Of a stretch of DNA of 42,936 nt, positions 18,462-26,763 are shown piece by piece. Where the stretch lies: positions 1 to 42,936 of the IMG/VR virus record IMGVR_UViG_3300032320_000989; one strand, 5' to 3'. Source of the stretch: a virus (lineage: Duplodnaviria; Caudoviricetes). Positions within the stretch are counted from its first letter, which is position 1. Every line of letters starts with the position of its first letter. The translations under genes were made by a program, and so were the position numbers. The notes under the pieces are model-generated. The model did no database searches, had not been told where the DNA came from, and saw only the letters and a program-made list of their open reading frames with translations.

Positions 18462-19062
18462 TTTTAAACCGTTATCTCGAACTCTTGCTGATAAAAATTT
18501 AGTCTATGAATTTTTAGACCCGCTACCTACATGGGCTGTAAAATCAGGAGAACTATATTTTAAAAAGTTTGCATTTGAATACGGTCATCATGCGGCATCA
18601 TTAGACGACGGAGAACCATATTTTGGAAAAATGCTGTTGCTTAGAGAAGCAAATCTTGATTTATCTGTACCTTACTTAATACAAAATCTCTGCGACTGCA
18701 TTCAACTATCACTGTTACCACAAATTGATCCTAATGGAAAATTTGTAGAATTACAGAGAATTGCCGTCAATGGTCAAACTTCAACACAGAACCCTGCACC
18801 TCATATTGATACCGATACAGATTCCAGTTTATGGACTGCGGTATATTACGTTAATAACAGTTCGGGCGATACTGTATTTTATCGCTCTATTCTTAATCAA
18901 GAAGAAATATACAGAAGTACATTTCAGCAAGGAAAAATAGTAATATTTCCTGCAAGTTTTTGCCACAGAGCAGTTGCGCCTCTAAGTGGCTGGCGAATAT
19001 CAGTAGGCATCACTTTTGAATGGCATACTGATTTATCTAAACAATGTCGGATGGATGTATGA
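18454..19062 (+). CDS. Fe(II)/2OG oxygenase (HxD type)
   Basis: NGQT..PHID...WTAVYYVN...G.T.F..GKIVIFP....HRA..P...RISV. GTG start overlaps the previous gene. Confidence 0.82.
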   Translation: MINFKPLSRTLADKNLVYEFLDPLPTWAVKSGELYFKKFAFEYGHHAASLDDGEPYFGKMLLLREANLDLSVPYLIQNLCDCIQLSLLPQIDPNGKFVELQRIAVNGQTSTQNPAPHIDTDTDSSLWTAVYYVNNSSGDTVFYRSILNQEEIYRSTFQQGKIVIFPASFCHRAVAPLSGWRISVGITFEWHTDLSKQCRMDV

Positions 19063-19676
19063 TTAATACGTTTGCATGGAAAACTAATTCTAATGTAATA
19101 GAACATACCAGTGTTTTACAAATAAAAAATGCTGTTAGTTCACAATCAAGAGAACAGTTAATAAAAGAAATTTTAGATTATAAAAGTGTAACTGTTGATA
19201 ACTCTGGCAGTGAAAAAAATTGCTGGCGTGGACGACCTGAATTGCCAAAAGAATACATTAATGATTTAATTCTTACTGCTGTGAATGCTTATATTAATTC
19301 ATTGCCCAATTCTGCTATGCTGTCAAGAAATGAAAATCCTTCAGATAGATTTGATTATGATAAACCGTTAATTCATTATTGGGTCAACGTAAATGCAAAA
19401 GACGGATACAATGTATCGCACAATCATGCAGGATCTGTAATAAGCGGAGTTATATATCTACAGGCTAGCCAAACCGGAATAATAGAATTTCAGCCGTTAA
19501 ATTACATATATAAAATTAACCATCCTTGCTGGTTTTATAACGGCAGTATGCAGTATCATCCCGAAGACGGTGATATAATTATATTTCCGTCTTATCTATT
19601 GCACAGCGTAGAGCCAAATCCAATAGATAAAGAAAGAATTAATATTGCTTTTAACATAAATTACACACCTAAATGA
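19059..19676 (+). CDS. Putative Fe(II)/2OG oxygenase (TIGR02466-like, HxH type)
   Basis: WVNVN...YN.SHNH.GSVISGVIYL..GDIIIFPSYLLHSVEPN..RINIAFN. ATGA overlap. Confidence 0.87.
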   Translation: MINTFAWKTNSNVIEHTSVLQIKNAVSSQSREQLIKEILDYKSVTVDNSGSEKNCWRGRPELPKEYINDLILTAVNAYINSLPNSAMLSRNENPSDRFDYDKPLIHYWVNVNAKDGYNVSHNHAGSVISGVIYLQASQTGIIEFQPLNYIYKINHPCWFYNGSMQYHPEDGDIIIFPSYLLHSVEPNPIDKERINIAFNINYTPK

Positions 19677-20383
19677 ATATAGAATTTTTCTGCGAAGATA
19701 GTCATGTTTCAGAATATTGGCCACCAGTGCCTGCCAAGGATTGTATACCCGAAGAGTATGCTAATCTTCCTGCGGGTAAAGAAAAATATCAAATAAAAGA
19801 AGAACCTATTCATAACATAAAGGGCTGTTTGCCTGCTATGGATTTTATGTCCGCCGGTTATATTATTTTTAATTCTTATGAATTAGAGTTAGATACAAAA
19901 TTTAAACAATTTAGAGAAGATCTAAATTTAAAAACAGCAAGAACCATCACAGAGTCCGAACATGAATCAAATATTCATGCTAGAAAAGCTCTTGCAATAT
20001 ATTATGAAAATGCCTGCCCTGTAATTAATGAGCAAAAAAAGCAACGAGTATATTTTAAAGTTAAGACATCTTGGGCGGTACGAACACCGCCTGGTTATAG
20101 TTGTTTGGTAATGCAACCTTTTTACTTAAATGAAAAAAGATTTACAATTATGCCTGCTATAATAGATACAGACACGTATCATTTACCAATACCTATCACT
20201 GGCTATTTAAACATAAAAGAAAATACTAGAATACGACCAGGCACGCCTTTAGTACAGATAATTCCATTTAAAAGAGACGACTGGAATATGTCTATATCCG
20301 ACAAGATTCCTAGCGACAAATCAAAATTCTTTATTTGGAATTCCTATAAACGATTATTCCATTCAATTAAAAAGTATATATGA
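19673..20383 (+). CDS. Conserved phage protein (DUF6065-like; possible dUTPase-like beta fold), paralogue 1 of 4
   Basis: PPVPA...P..Y..IKGC.P..D....GYII..W...TPPGYSCL..QP..PAIIDTD..PGTPLVQIIPFKR..W. Confidence 0.55.
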   Translation: MNIEFFCEDSHVSEYWPPVPAKDCIPEEYANLPAGKEKYQIKEEPIHNIKGCLPAMDFMSAGYIIFNSYELELDTKFKQFREDLNLKTARTITESEHESNIHARKALAIYYENACPVINEQKKQRVYFKVKTSWAVRTPPGYSCLVMQPFYLNEKRFTIMPAIIDTDTYHLPIPITGYLNIKENTRIRPGTPLVQIIPFKRDDWNMSISDKIPSDKSKFFIWNSYKRLFHSIKKYI

Positions 20384-21087
20384 CCAAAGAAATTAATATT
20401 AAATTTACCTGCGAGGACGAGGATACGGCTAAATTGTTTCCTCCCGTTCCGGCGGCTAAATTAATTCCCGAGTGGTATAAAAACATTCCTGTAACTGCAT
20501 CAAGGGCAGAAGGATATATCGATGGCGATCAAGTTCCTACTATAAAAAGATGTATGCCGGTGTTAGATTATCTAACTTCAGGGTACATTCTAAGAAACTC
20601 CTACGAAATAAATGCGTGGCCTGCAAATAAGGACGGTATAAAGAGTTTTAATCTTGAGTGTAATAAGAAAAATTATGTAGGAGCACATCCGTGGCATCAG
20701 GCTACAACTGAAATTAACGGTGTTAAAAACCATTATTTTAAAATTAATCAAGAATGGCATATTAAAACTCCGCCTGGATATAGTTGCTTAATTTATCAAC
20801 CTCATTATTTGTTTAGAAAAGAATTTCAAATGTTTCCCGCTATAGTTGACACCGACAAGCATGACGACTTTACTGGGTTAGTAGGGATTATCAACAGCGA
20901 AACTGATTTTACTATTGCTCCTGGAGATCCGCTGGTAACTATTTTTCCGTTTAAACGAGAAGAATGGAAAATGGACGTAGAGTATGATAAAAATATTGGA
21001 TCTAACAGTAGTTTTAAATATTTTTTACACGGTGTTTGGCATGGGTTTTACTCCAAAATGTTACACACCAAGAAGACGTATCGATAA
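20380..21087 (+). CDS. Conserved phage protein (DUF6065-like), paralogue 2 of 4
   Basis: PPVPAAK.IPEWYK..TIKRCMPVLD.L.SGYI..W.IKTPPGYSCL..PAIVDTD..PGDPLV.IFPFKRE.W. Confidence 0.55.
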   Translation: MTKEINIKFTCEDEDTAKLFPPVPAAKLIPEWYKNIPVTASRAEGYIDGDQVPTIKRCMPVLDYLTSGYILRNSYEINAWPANKDGIKSFNLECNKKNYVGAHPWHQATTEINGVKNHYFKINQEWHIKTPPGYSCLIYQPHYLFRKEFQMFPAIVDTDKHDDFTGLVGIINSETDFTIAPGDPLVTIFPFKREEWKMDVEYDKNIGSNSSFKYFLHGVWHGFYSKMLHTKKTYR

Positions 21088-21110
21088 CGGCTAGTGTAGG
21101 TATATAGTAT

Positions 21111-21839
21111 ATGTTTACATTTTTCTTTAAGAAGTCCACGGTTCATATAGATATCTTTACTTTCTATCCTGGTATTATTGAACTGTTCCCGATTAGGGAA
21201 GCCGACGATGTAATGCCATCGTGGTTTAAAGCAGTGCCAACTAGCACCAAATCTCCGTCGGGCTCCTCAGTGGCAACAGTACGCACTTGTCCGGGCATGG
21301 TAGAATTATTTAAAGAAGGTCTAATTATTCCGTCCTGGTGCGATTTATACCTAGACTGGAGTAGGGGATCTTTATATCATGAGCCCGACGAAATGGGCAA
21401 ACAACATCCTGATTGGCAGTGGAATAAGAGTCCTGCTTTCAAAGATTTTCATCATTTAAAAATTGGAAGTCCGTGGAAATTTAAAGAAAAAACAGGTTCT
21501 AAATTTATGATGACTAACACTTGGTGGAATAAACCTGGGGTTAAACATTTTGTGCCTAATGGTTTAATAGAATTTAAATATCAGCACTCGTCTAATGTTA
21601 ATTTATGGCTTCCTAAAGCAGGGTTCCCGCAAAATTATACAATAACTGCGGGTGATCCTTTATGTCAAATTATTAATATAGACGGAAAGAAAATAAAATT
21701 TCATATGCATTACACTGATAAGAACGAAATAGATCATGATGTAAACGATTTACTTTTTTCCCAAGTAGGGCAATACTATAAACGAAAAAAATTAATAGAA
21801 GAAAACTGTCCAAACTGGACTCCGGATACAAAAAAATAA
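21111..21839 (+). CDS. Conserved phage protein (DUF6065-like), paralogue 3 of 4
   Basis: P.WFK..TVRTCPG..L...G.II..W.D..H...QW..HLK..SPW..KEKTG.KF..NG..EFKYQH..AGDPL.Q. Confidence 0.55.
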   Translation: MFTFFFKKSTVHIDIFTFYPGIIELFPIREADDVMPSWFKAVPTSTKSPSGSSVATVRTCPGMVELFKEGLIIPSWCDLYLDWSRGSLYHEPDEMGKQHPDWQWNKSPAFKDFHHLKIGSPWKFKEKTGSKFMMTNTWWNKPGVKHFVPNGLIEFKYQHSSNVNLWLPKAGFPQNYTITAGDPLCQIINIDGKKIKFHMHYTDKNEIDHDVNDLLFSQVGQYYKRKKLIEENCPNWTPDTKK

Positions 21840-21840
21840 T

Positions 21841-22533
21841 ATGTTTACAATTTTTAGACGACCATCAAAAATTTACGTTGACTGTTTTACAGATTTAGAA
21901 GAACTTCCAAAGTTTTTTCCTATTCAACACGCTTCTGAACGACTGCCTACATATTGGAAAAATCTGCCAACTACTGTGCCTTATATGGGTCCTCATCGAG
22001 GAACTATGAAGACATGTCCAGGAGTAAGTAGTTTATATAGAACAGGATTTATAATTCAAAATTGGCACGACATATGGCTTAGTGTTGACAATAATAACCT
22101 TTCCTGGCAACCTCAACCGGCCGCAGAATCACACGATCCAGGACAATGGGGCGATGCATTTAAAAATCATTATCATTTAAAAATGGTCAGTCCATGGCGC
22201 ATTAAAGAAAAAACCGGTGTTAAATTTATGTTTACTAACACACTTTGGCACGATGAAGATTTTAAACCTAAAGTGGTAAATGGTATAGTAGAATACAAAT
22301 ATCAGCACACAAGTAGTGTTAATATGCTTATTCCTAAAAATATGTTTCCTAAATCTCAACTAATACCTGCAGGTAAAGAACTGGTACATGTTGTACCGTT
22401 ATCCGATAAAGATGTAGTAATTAAGATGCACGTAGTTGATGCAACAGAATTAAAAAAATTACAAAATTGGGTTTTTACATTTAACGGTCATTATTTTAAA
22501 CGTAAAAAACTATTACAAGATCGTGGAGAATAA
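21841..22533 (+). CDS. Conserved phage protein (DUF6065-like), paralogue 4 of 4; closest to 21111-21839
   Basis: MFT.F..D.FT..FPI..A..P..WK..TMKTCPG..HLK..SPW..KEKTG.KFM.TNT.W..NG..E.KYQH..Y.KRKKL. Confidence 0.55.
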   Translation: MFTIFRRPSKIYVDCFTDLEELPKFFPIQHASERLPTYWKNLPTTVPYMGPHRGTMKTCPGVSSLYRTGFIIQNWHDIWLSVDNNNLSWQPQPAAESHDPGQWGDAFKNHYHLKMVSPWRIKEKTGVKFMFTNTLWHDEDFKPKVVNGIVEYKYQHTSSVNMLIPKNMFPKSQLIPAGKELVHVVPLSDKDVVIKMHVVDATELKKLQNWVFTFNGHYFKRKKLLQDRGE

Positions 22534-23170
22534 CTTGCAGGAATTTACAAAATTATTATCGTCTGGTGCGGCTGTTACAGGAATTTTTCCAAATCCAGTT
22601 TATAAAAAAAATATAGGAAGGCCGCTGACCGAGTTAGAATTAAAAGCATCCTTGCCTGAATCATACAATTTAAGACCTGGCAGTGATAATCTGCGAGCAG
22701 ACAGTACAAAAATTCTAACTAATCCAGCATTTTTTGGAATTAAAAATTTTATTGACAGTTGTTTAAAAGATTTTTTAAAAGAAATTGTTTCACCTTCTAC
22801 TGATTTTAATCTATATGTTACACAGAGTTGGATTAATTTTAACAGAGAGGGCGATAAACATCATCAACATTTTCATGCTAACAGTATTGTCAGCGGTGTC
22901 TTTTATCTAAACACCAGTGAAAATGATATGATATCATTTTATATTCCCCAACGCAGTCAGATTCATATTATGAATACTCCTAATTGGTGGAACATGCGTA
23001 AGATTGGAGTGCCTGTGCGTCCTGGAGATTGTGTTTTGTTTATGAGTGATTTAGAACACGGCGTTGAAAGACAGGGCATACCCGATCACACTCGTGTAAG
23101 TCTTGCATTTAATACATGGTTCAAAGGCGAGATCGGCAGCGAAGAAGGTCTGACACATCTAAAGCAATGA
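22523..23170 (+). CDS. Putative Fe(II)/2OG oxygenase (TIGR02466-like, HxH type)
   Basis: IFP.PVY..QSWIN....HHQHFHANSIVSGVFYL..LF.S.LEH.V..R.SLAFNTW.KG..G. Start uncertain (GTG 22523 or TTG 22535). Confidence 0.87.
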   Translation: MENNLQEFTKLLSSGAAVTGIFPNPVYKKNIGRPLTELELKASLPESYNLRPGSDNLRADSTKILTNPAFFGIKNFIDSCLKDFLKEIVSPSTDFNLYVTQSWINFNREGDKHHQHFHANSIVSGVFYLNTSENDMISFYIPQRSQIHIMNTPNWWNMRKIGVPVRPGDCVLFMSDLEHGVERQGIPDHTRVSLAFNTWFKGEIGSEEGLTHLKQ

Positions 23171-23814
23171 ATATTTCCAGTTTAGAAACTATTGATTTAC
23201 CTAACATAGGTGTTATACGCGGTAAATTAAGCGATGATGCCTTGCAGGTATTAAAAGAAGAAATTAATAAAATTCAACAAGACTTTTCTAAAGCAAAACC
23301 TTGGAACAAAGATCTTGCAGGGCATATTAGAAAAGAATTTTTGTTACAGGACAGCGTAAAAATTCTAGAACCAATGCTAATTAATATGGCTCTTGAACAT
23401 AACGAAAAGTACAAATACGTTGATCCCACATTTGATGTTGAGCTAGGAAAAAAATATAGATTTGCTATGGAAACTATGTGGGTCAATTTTCAGCAAAAGC
23501 ACGAATTTAATCCGTTACATAGACATACAGGAATTTATAGTTTTGTTATATGGGTTGAAATTCCTTATTTTTTAAATTTTGAAAAAGAGATCGGTCCGGG
23601 TAAAAACGCCAATGTTAATCGAGCAGGTATGTTTGAATTCACCTACACAGATATCTTAGGAAATCTAAGAGGTGAATCAATTGGTGTAGATAAATCCTAT
23701 GAAGGTTGTATTATTATGTTTCCTGCAAGACTGCATCATATGGTGCATCCTTTTTACAGTACTGAAAATTACAGGATCTCCGTTGCTGGAAATATAAAAG
23801 TTATTACAGAATAA
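23167..23814 (+). CDS. Putative Fe(II)/2OG oxygenase; paralogue of 17799-18461
   Basis: MWVNFQ.K.EFNPLHRHTGIYSFV.W..NRAG.F.F.Y.DILG..VDK..EG....FP....H.V.PFYS..RIS..GN. ATGA overlap. Confidence 0.87.
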   Translation: MNISSLETIDLPNIGVIRGKLSDDALQVLKEEINKIQQDFSKAKPWNKDLAGHIRKEFLLQDSVKILEPMLINMALEHNEKYKYVDPTFDVELGKKYRFAMETMWVNFQQKHEFNPLHRHTGIYSFVIWVEIPYFLNFEKEIGPGKNANVNRAGMFEFTYTDILGNLRGESIGVDKSYEGCIIMFPARLHHMVHPFYSTENYRISVAGNIKVITE

Positions 23815-23815
23815 T

Positions 23816-24451
23816 ATGACTATTCATGCTATTTTTCCTACGCCCATATACGAACACGTCGGCACCGTAGAAGAAACATTTTTAGTACAACACGAAATTA
23901 AAAATTTTCTTCCTAAAATCACTACAACAGATGAATTCAATAATCCGCCAGGATGGGACGACGGTGTAAAAACAAATATCAAACTCAGATATAATACTAT
24001 TGTAGATTTTCAAATGAAAAATCTAGAAAATTATATTGAGTCTCATGTTAAAAAATATATTCAATCTGTTGGAGCATGGGAACCTATGCCAAATAAACTA
24101 GCACATAGTTGGATTAATTTTGTTGAAACAGGTGCTAGGCAAGATTGGCATCAGCATCAAGATGCTGTTATTGCAGGAACTTATTATTACCAAACATCCG
24201 AAGATGACGGAGACATAGTATTTAGAACTCCAAATCAATTTGTAGAATTGGAATTATTTCCATTAGGATCTACTGTAGATAAGTTTTATAATATAAAACC
24301 TAAAGTTGGAAAAATAGTGCTTTTTCCAGGATGGCTTGCACACTCTGTAAGAAAAAACACACAGGATAATACTAGAATATCCATATCGTTTAATTATATG
24401 AGAGATAACTTTGCAGCCAGAACTGAAACGAATCATAAAAACAACAAGTAA
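23816..24451 (+). CDS. Putative Fe(II)/2OG oxygenase (TIGR02466-like, HxH type)
   Basis: IFPTPIY..SWIN..QDWHQH...IAGTYY..GDIVF..P..GKIVLFPGWLAHSV..N..RISISFN. Confidence 0.87.
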   Translation: MTIHAIFPTPIYEHVGTVEETFLVQHEIKNFLPKITTTDEFNNPPGWDDGVKTNIKLRYNTIVDFQMKNLENYIESHVKKYIQSVGAWEPMPNKLAHSWINFVETGARQDWHQHQDAVIAGTYYYQTSEDDGDIVFRTPNQFVELELFPLGSTVDKFYNIKPKVGKIVLFPGWLAHSVRKNTQDNTRISISFNYMRDNFAARTETNHKNNK

Positions 24452-24454
24452 ATA
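24447..24454 (+). promoter_or_regulatory. Putative late promoter (AGTAAATA) for the halogenase gene
   Basis: TAAATA core overlaps the upstream stop codon and is followed by an AGAGGA RBS and ATG 24475. Spacing is similar to that at groES. Confidence 0.45.
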
Positions 24455-24474
24455 TGTCCAAGAGAGGAATTTAG

Positions 24475-26091
24475 ATGAAAAACAAAATTAATAAAATTAT
24501 AATAGTTGGTGGCGGTAGTGCTGGATGGATGAGTGCCGCTATGCTATCTAACGAGTTTCCTGATAAGGAAATTGCTGTAATTGAAAGTCCTGATATTCCA
24601 ATCATTGGTGTCGGCGAAAGTACCTTAGGTACAATTAATCAATTCCTAGGCACACTAGGTCTAGAAGATAAAGATTGGATGGAATATTGTAAAGCCACTT
24701 ATAAATTATCTATTAAATTTACAGATTTTTTTGCCAAGGGAGAAGAATTTTACTATCCGTTTGGTATTAAAGACATGCAAAATTGTCAACAAGGAATCGC
24801 CGACTGGTTTGTTAAAAAAGTACAACAACCAGATACTCCTATTATAGATTTTTATGAAAATTTCTATAGCACTATGCCTTTCATCACACAGAGTAAAATA
24901 TATGATAATGCAGATGGACAGTTGCCTGGTTTTAGTTGGAAAAACGATGCCGCATATCACATGGATGCCGCATTGTTCGGTGAATTTTTAAGAGAACGTT
25001 TTTGTGAGCCAAGAGGTGTTGTTCATATTAAAGAACACATAGACGACATTTTGCTTGCAGACACTGGAGAAATTGACGGGCTAGTACTACGTAATGGCGA
25101 TACACTGGAAGCAGATTTATACTTAGATTGTTCTGGTTTTAAATCTATGCTGTTAGGAGACAAGTTGGGTGTTAAATTCGATTCATTCAGTAGATGGTTA
25201 CCTAATAACAAAGCATGGGCTGTTCAAGTTCCTTATGAAAACAAAGAACTTGAAATGGAAAATACGACTGATTGCGTGGCTGTTGATAATGGCTGGATAT
25301 GGAACATTCCTCTATATCATAGAATTGGTAAGGGTTATGTATTCTGCGATCAGTTTACTACCGAAGAACAGGCGTTGGAAGAGTTTAAACAATTTATTAT
25401 GACTAGAATGAAAGTGTTACGCACTAGAGAACAAGTGGATGCACTAGATTTTAGATTAATTAATATTAAAAATGGTGTGCATGAACGTTGCTGGCACAAA
25501 AACGTAGTAGCAGTAGGACTATCATACGGATTTATTGAGCCATTAGAAAGTACAGGATTATTAAGTGTTCAGGAAATTCTATTAAGATTATGCCACACAC
25601 TACATTATGATACTATTAATAAAATACATATTGATAATTTTAATCACATTGTTGGCGGTATCATGCAGAGTTTTAAATTCTTTGTAGCGTATCATTATAC
25701 TCTAAGTTCACGAAGAGATACTCCTTATTGGAAGCATGTCACTGAAAATATTGAAATGGACAGCGAAATGTTAATTCCGGGTAATCAGATGCCTAGTCAA
25801 GTGGGCGAGTTGGCTGTAAGATTGTTACAGAGTCATCATCTACCTGGAGATTTTTCAATGGGAGGTGTACCTGATATATTTGTAGGTATGCACATGGGTC
25901 CAGTTAATAATACTCAACTTAAAGTTTTAAGTTCAATTTTATTAGGACGTAATGGAACAGTTCCTGAATTTTTTAGTAATCAAACACAAGATTATTGGAA
26001 TCAGAAAAAAGAATACATTCTTGGGCTTGCTTCGACTGCTCCTAGTCATTATCAATATCTCAAAGAAAAGATATATAACAACGAAGCATAA
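24475..26091 (+). CDS. Flavin-dependent halogenase, tryptophan halogenase (PrnA/RebH) family
   Basis: IVGGGSAGW FAD motif, IGVGEST, ATYKLSIKF (position of the catalytic Lys), AYHMDA..F, DCSGF, GWIWNIPL (WxWxIP), GFIEPLESTG, HY..S.R.DTPYW. Confidence 0.92.
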   Translation: MKNKINKIIIVGGGSAGWMSAAMLSNEFPDKEIAVIESPDIPIIGVGESTLGTINQFLGTLGLEDKDWMEYCKATYKLSIKFTDFFAKGEEFYYPFGIKDMQNCQQGIADWFVKKVQQPDTPIIDFYENFYSTMPFITQSKIYDNADGQLPGFSWKNDAAYHMDAALFGEFLRERFCEPRGVVHIKEHIDDILLADTGEIDGLVLRNGDTLEADLYLDCSGFKSMLLGDKLGVKFDSFSRWLPNNKAWAVQVPYENKELEMENTTDCVAVDNGWIWNIPLYHRIGKGYVFCDQFTTEEQALEEFKQFIMTRMKVLRTREQVDALDFRLINIKNGVHERCWHKNVVAVGLSYGFIEPLESTGLLSVQEILLRLCHTLHYDTINKIHIDNFNHIVGGIMQSFKFFVAYHYTLSSRRDTPYWKHVTENIEMDSEMLIPGNQMPSQVGELAVRLLQSHHLPGDFSMGGVPDIFVGMHMGPVNNTQLKVLSSILLGRNGTVPEFFSNQTQDYWNQKKEYILGLASTAPSHYQYLKEKIYNNEA

Positions 26092-26119
26092 AAAAAGCCA
26101 CCCTAAGGGTGGCTTTTTT
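26090..26119. terminator. Bidirectional rho-independent terminator
   Basis: AAAAAAAGCCACCC-TAA-GGGTGGCTTTTTT: a perfect hairpin with A and T tracts on both sides, between convergent genes. Confidence 0.92.
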
Positions 26120-26134
26120 GTATATTAAATTATA

Positions 26135-26476
26135 TTATACAGAAGGCTTTACTGAAACATTGGTTGGAATTTTCTGTGCTTCAGGATCATCTGGATCCGC
26201 AACAAATTTTAACATTCTTTCTGTATCTTCCTTTTGTAATTGCAAAGCACTCTTTAAAATTAAGGAATCAAAAATTGCAGTTTTGTCTGCAGGAATCGGT
26301 TCAGTCCAATTTGGATCTGCAAGACGACGTTTAATCTCTAAAGCGGCTATTTCGTCCATAGATTCTTTAATTCTATTTGTAACAAAATCATCAATGTGTT
26401 GATGTGGGTTAACATATTTCCATGCCAATGCTTTCCATTCTAAATCTGTTACTTCTACTGTAAATCTTTTTGCCAT
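26135..26476 (-). CDS. Hypothetical phage protein, paralogue of 26487-26732
   Basis: T.E.TD.E...LA....P...ID.....R....MDEI...EI.R..ADPN....IP.D pattern shared with the neighbour. GGA RBS. Confidence 0.75.
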   Translation of the reverse strand: MAKRFTVEVTDLEWKALAWKYVNPHQHIDDFVTNRIKESMDEIAALEIKRRLADPNWTEPIPADKTAIFDSLILKSALQLQKEDTERMLKFVADPDDPEAQKIPTNVSVKPSV

Positions 26477-26486
26477 GATTTATTCC

Positions 26487-26732
26487 TTATCCTTGTTCTC
26501 TTTCAGCCGCTGGTATCAAATCAGCATCTTGTACTATTTGATCTCTATCTGACGGGATAGTTGCAGTGTTTGGATCAGCAATCATACGTGCTATTTCCAT
26601 TTCAACAATTTCATCCATGGCCAATCTTGCTCGCCATGTTGCCAAATTGTCAATAAAATCTAATGGATCTAGAGCAATGTGCGCTAGTACCATGGCTTCT
26701 ACGTCTGTTAATTCAAATGTAATTTGTGGCAT
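26487..26732 (-). CDS. Hypothetical phage protein, fibre-associated
   Basis: Paralogous to 26135-26476; late-promoter motif upstream. Confidence 0.75.
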   Translation of the reverse strand: MPQITFELTDVEAMVLAHIALDPLDFIDNLATWRARLAMDEIVEMEIARMIADPNTATIPSDRDQIVQDADLIPAAEREQG

Positions 26733-26755
26733 TCTAATTCTCTCTTATCAATATA

Positions 26756-26763
26756 TATTTATC
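26756..26763 (-). promoter_or_regulatory. Putative late promoter GATAAATA
   Basis: Same octamer as at 9142-9162 and 40353-40360. It overlaps the stop of 26759-27718 and lies 23 nt upstream of ATG 26732. Confidence 0.6.

Noticed and set aside
13631-24451. Oxygenases as a TET/JBP- or AlkB-type DNA modification system
   Set aside because: No TET/JBP or AlkB signature was recognised, and no methyltransferase, glycosyltransferase or nucleotide kinase lies in the array. The context is late/structural. Not excluded, but unsupported here.
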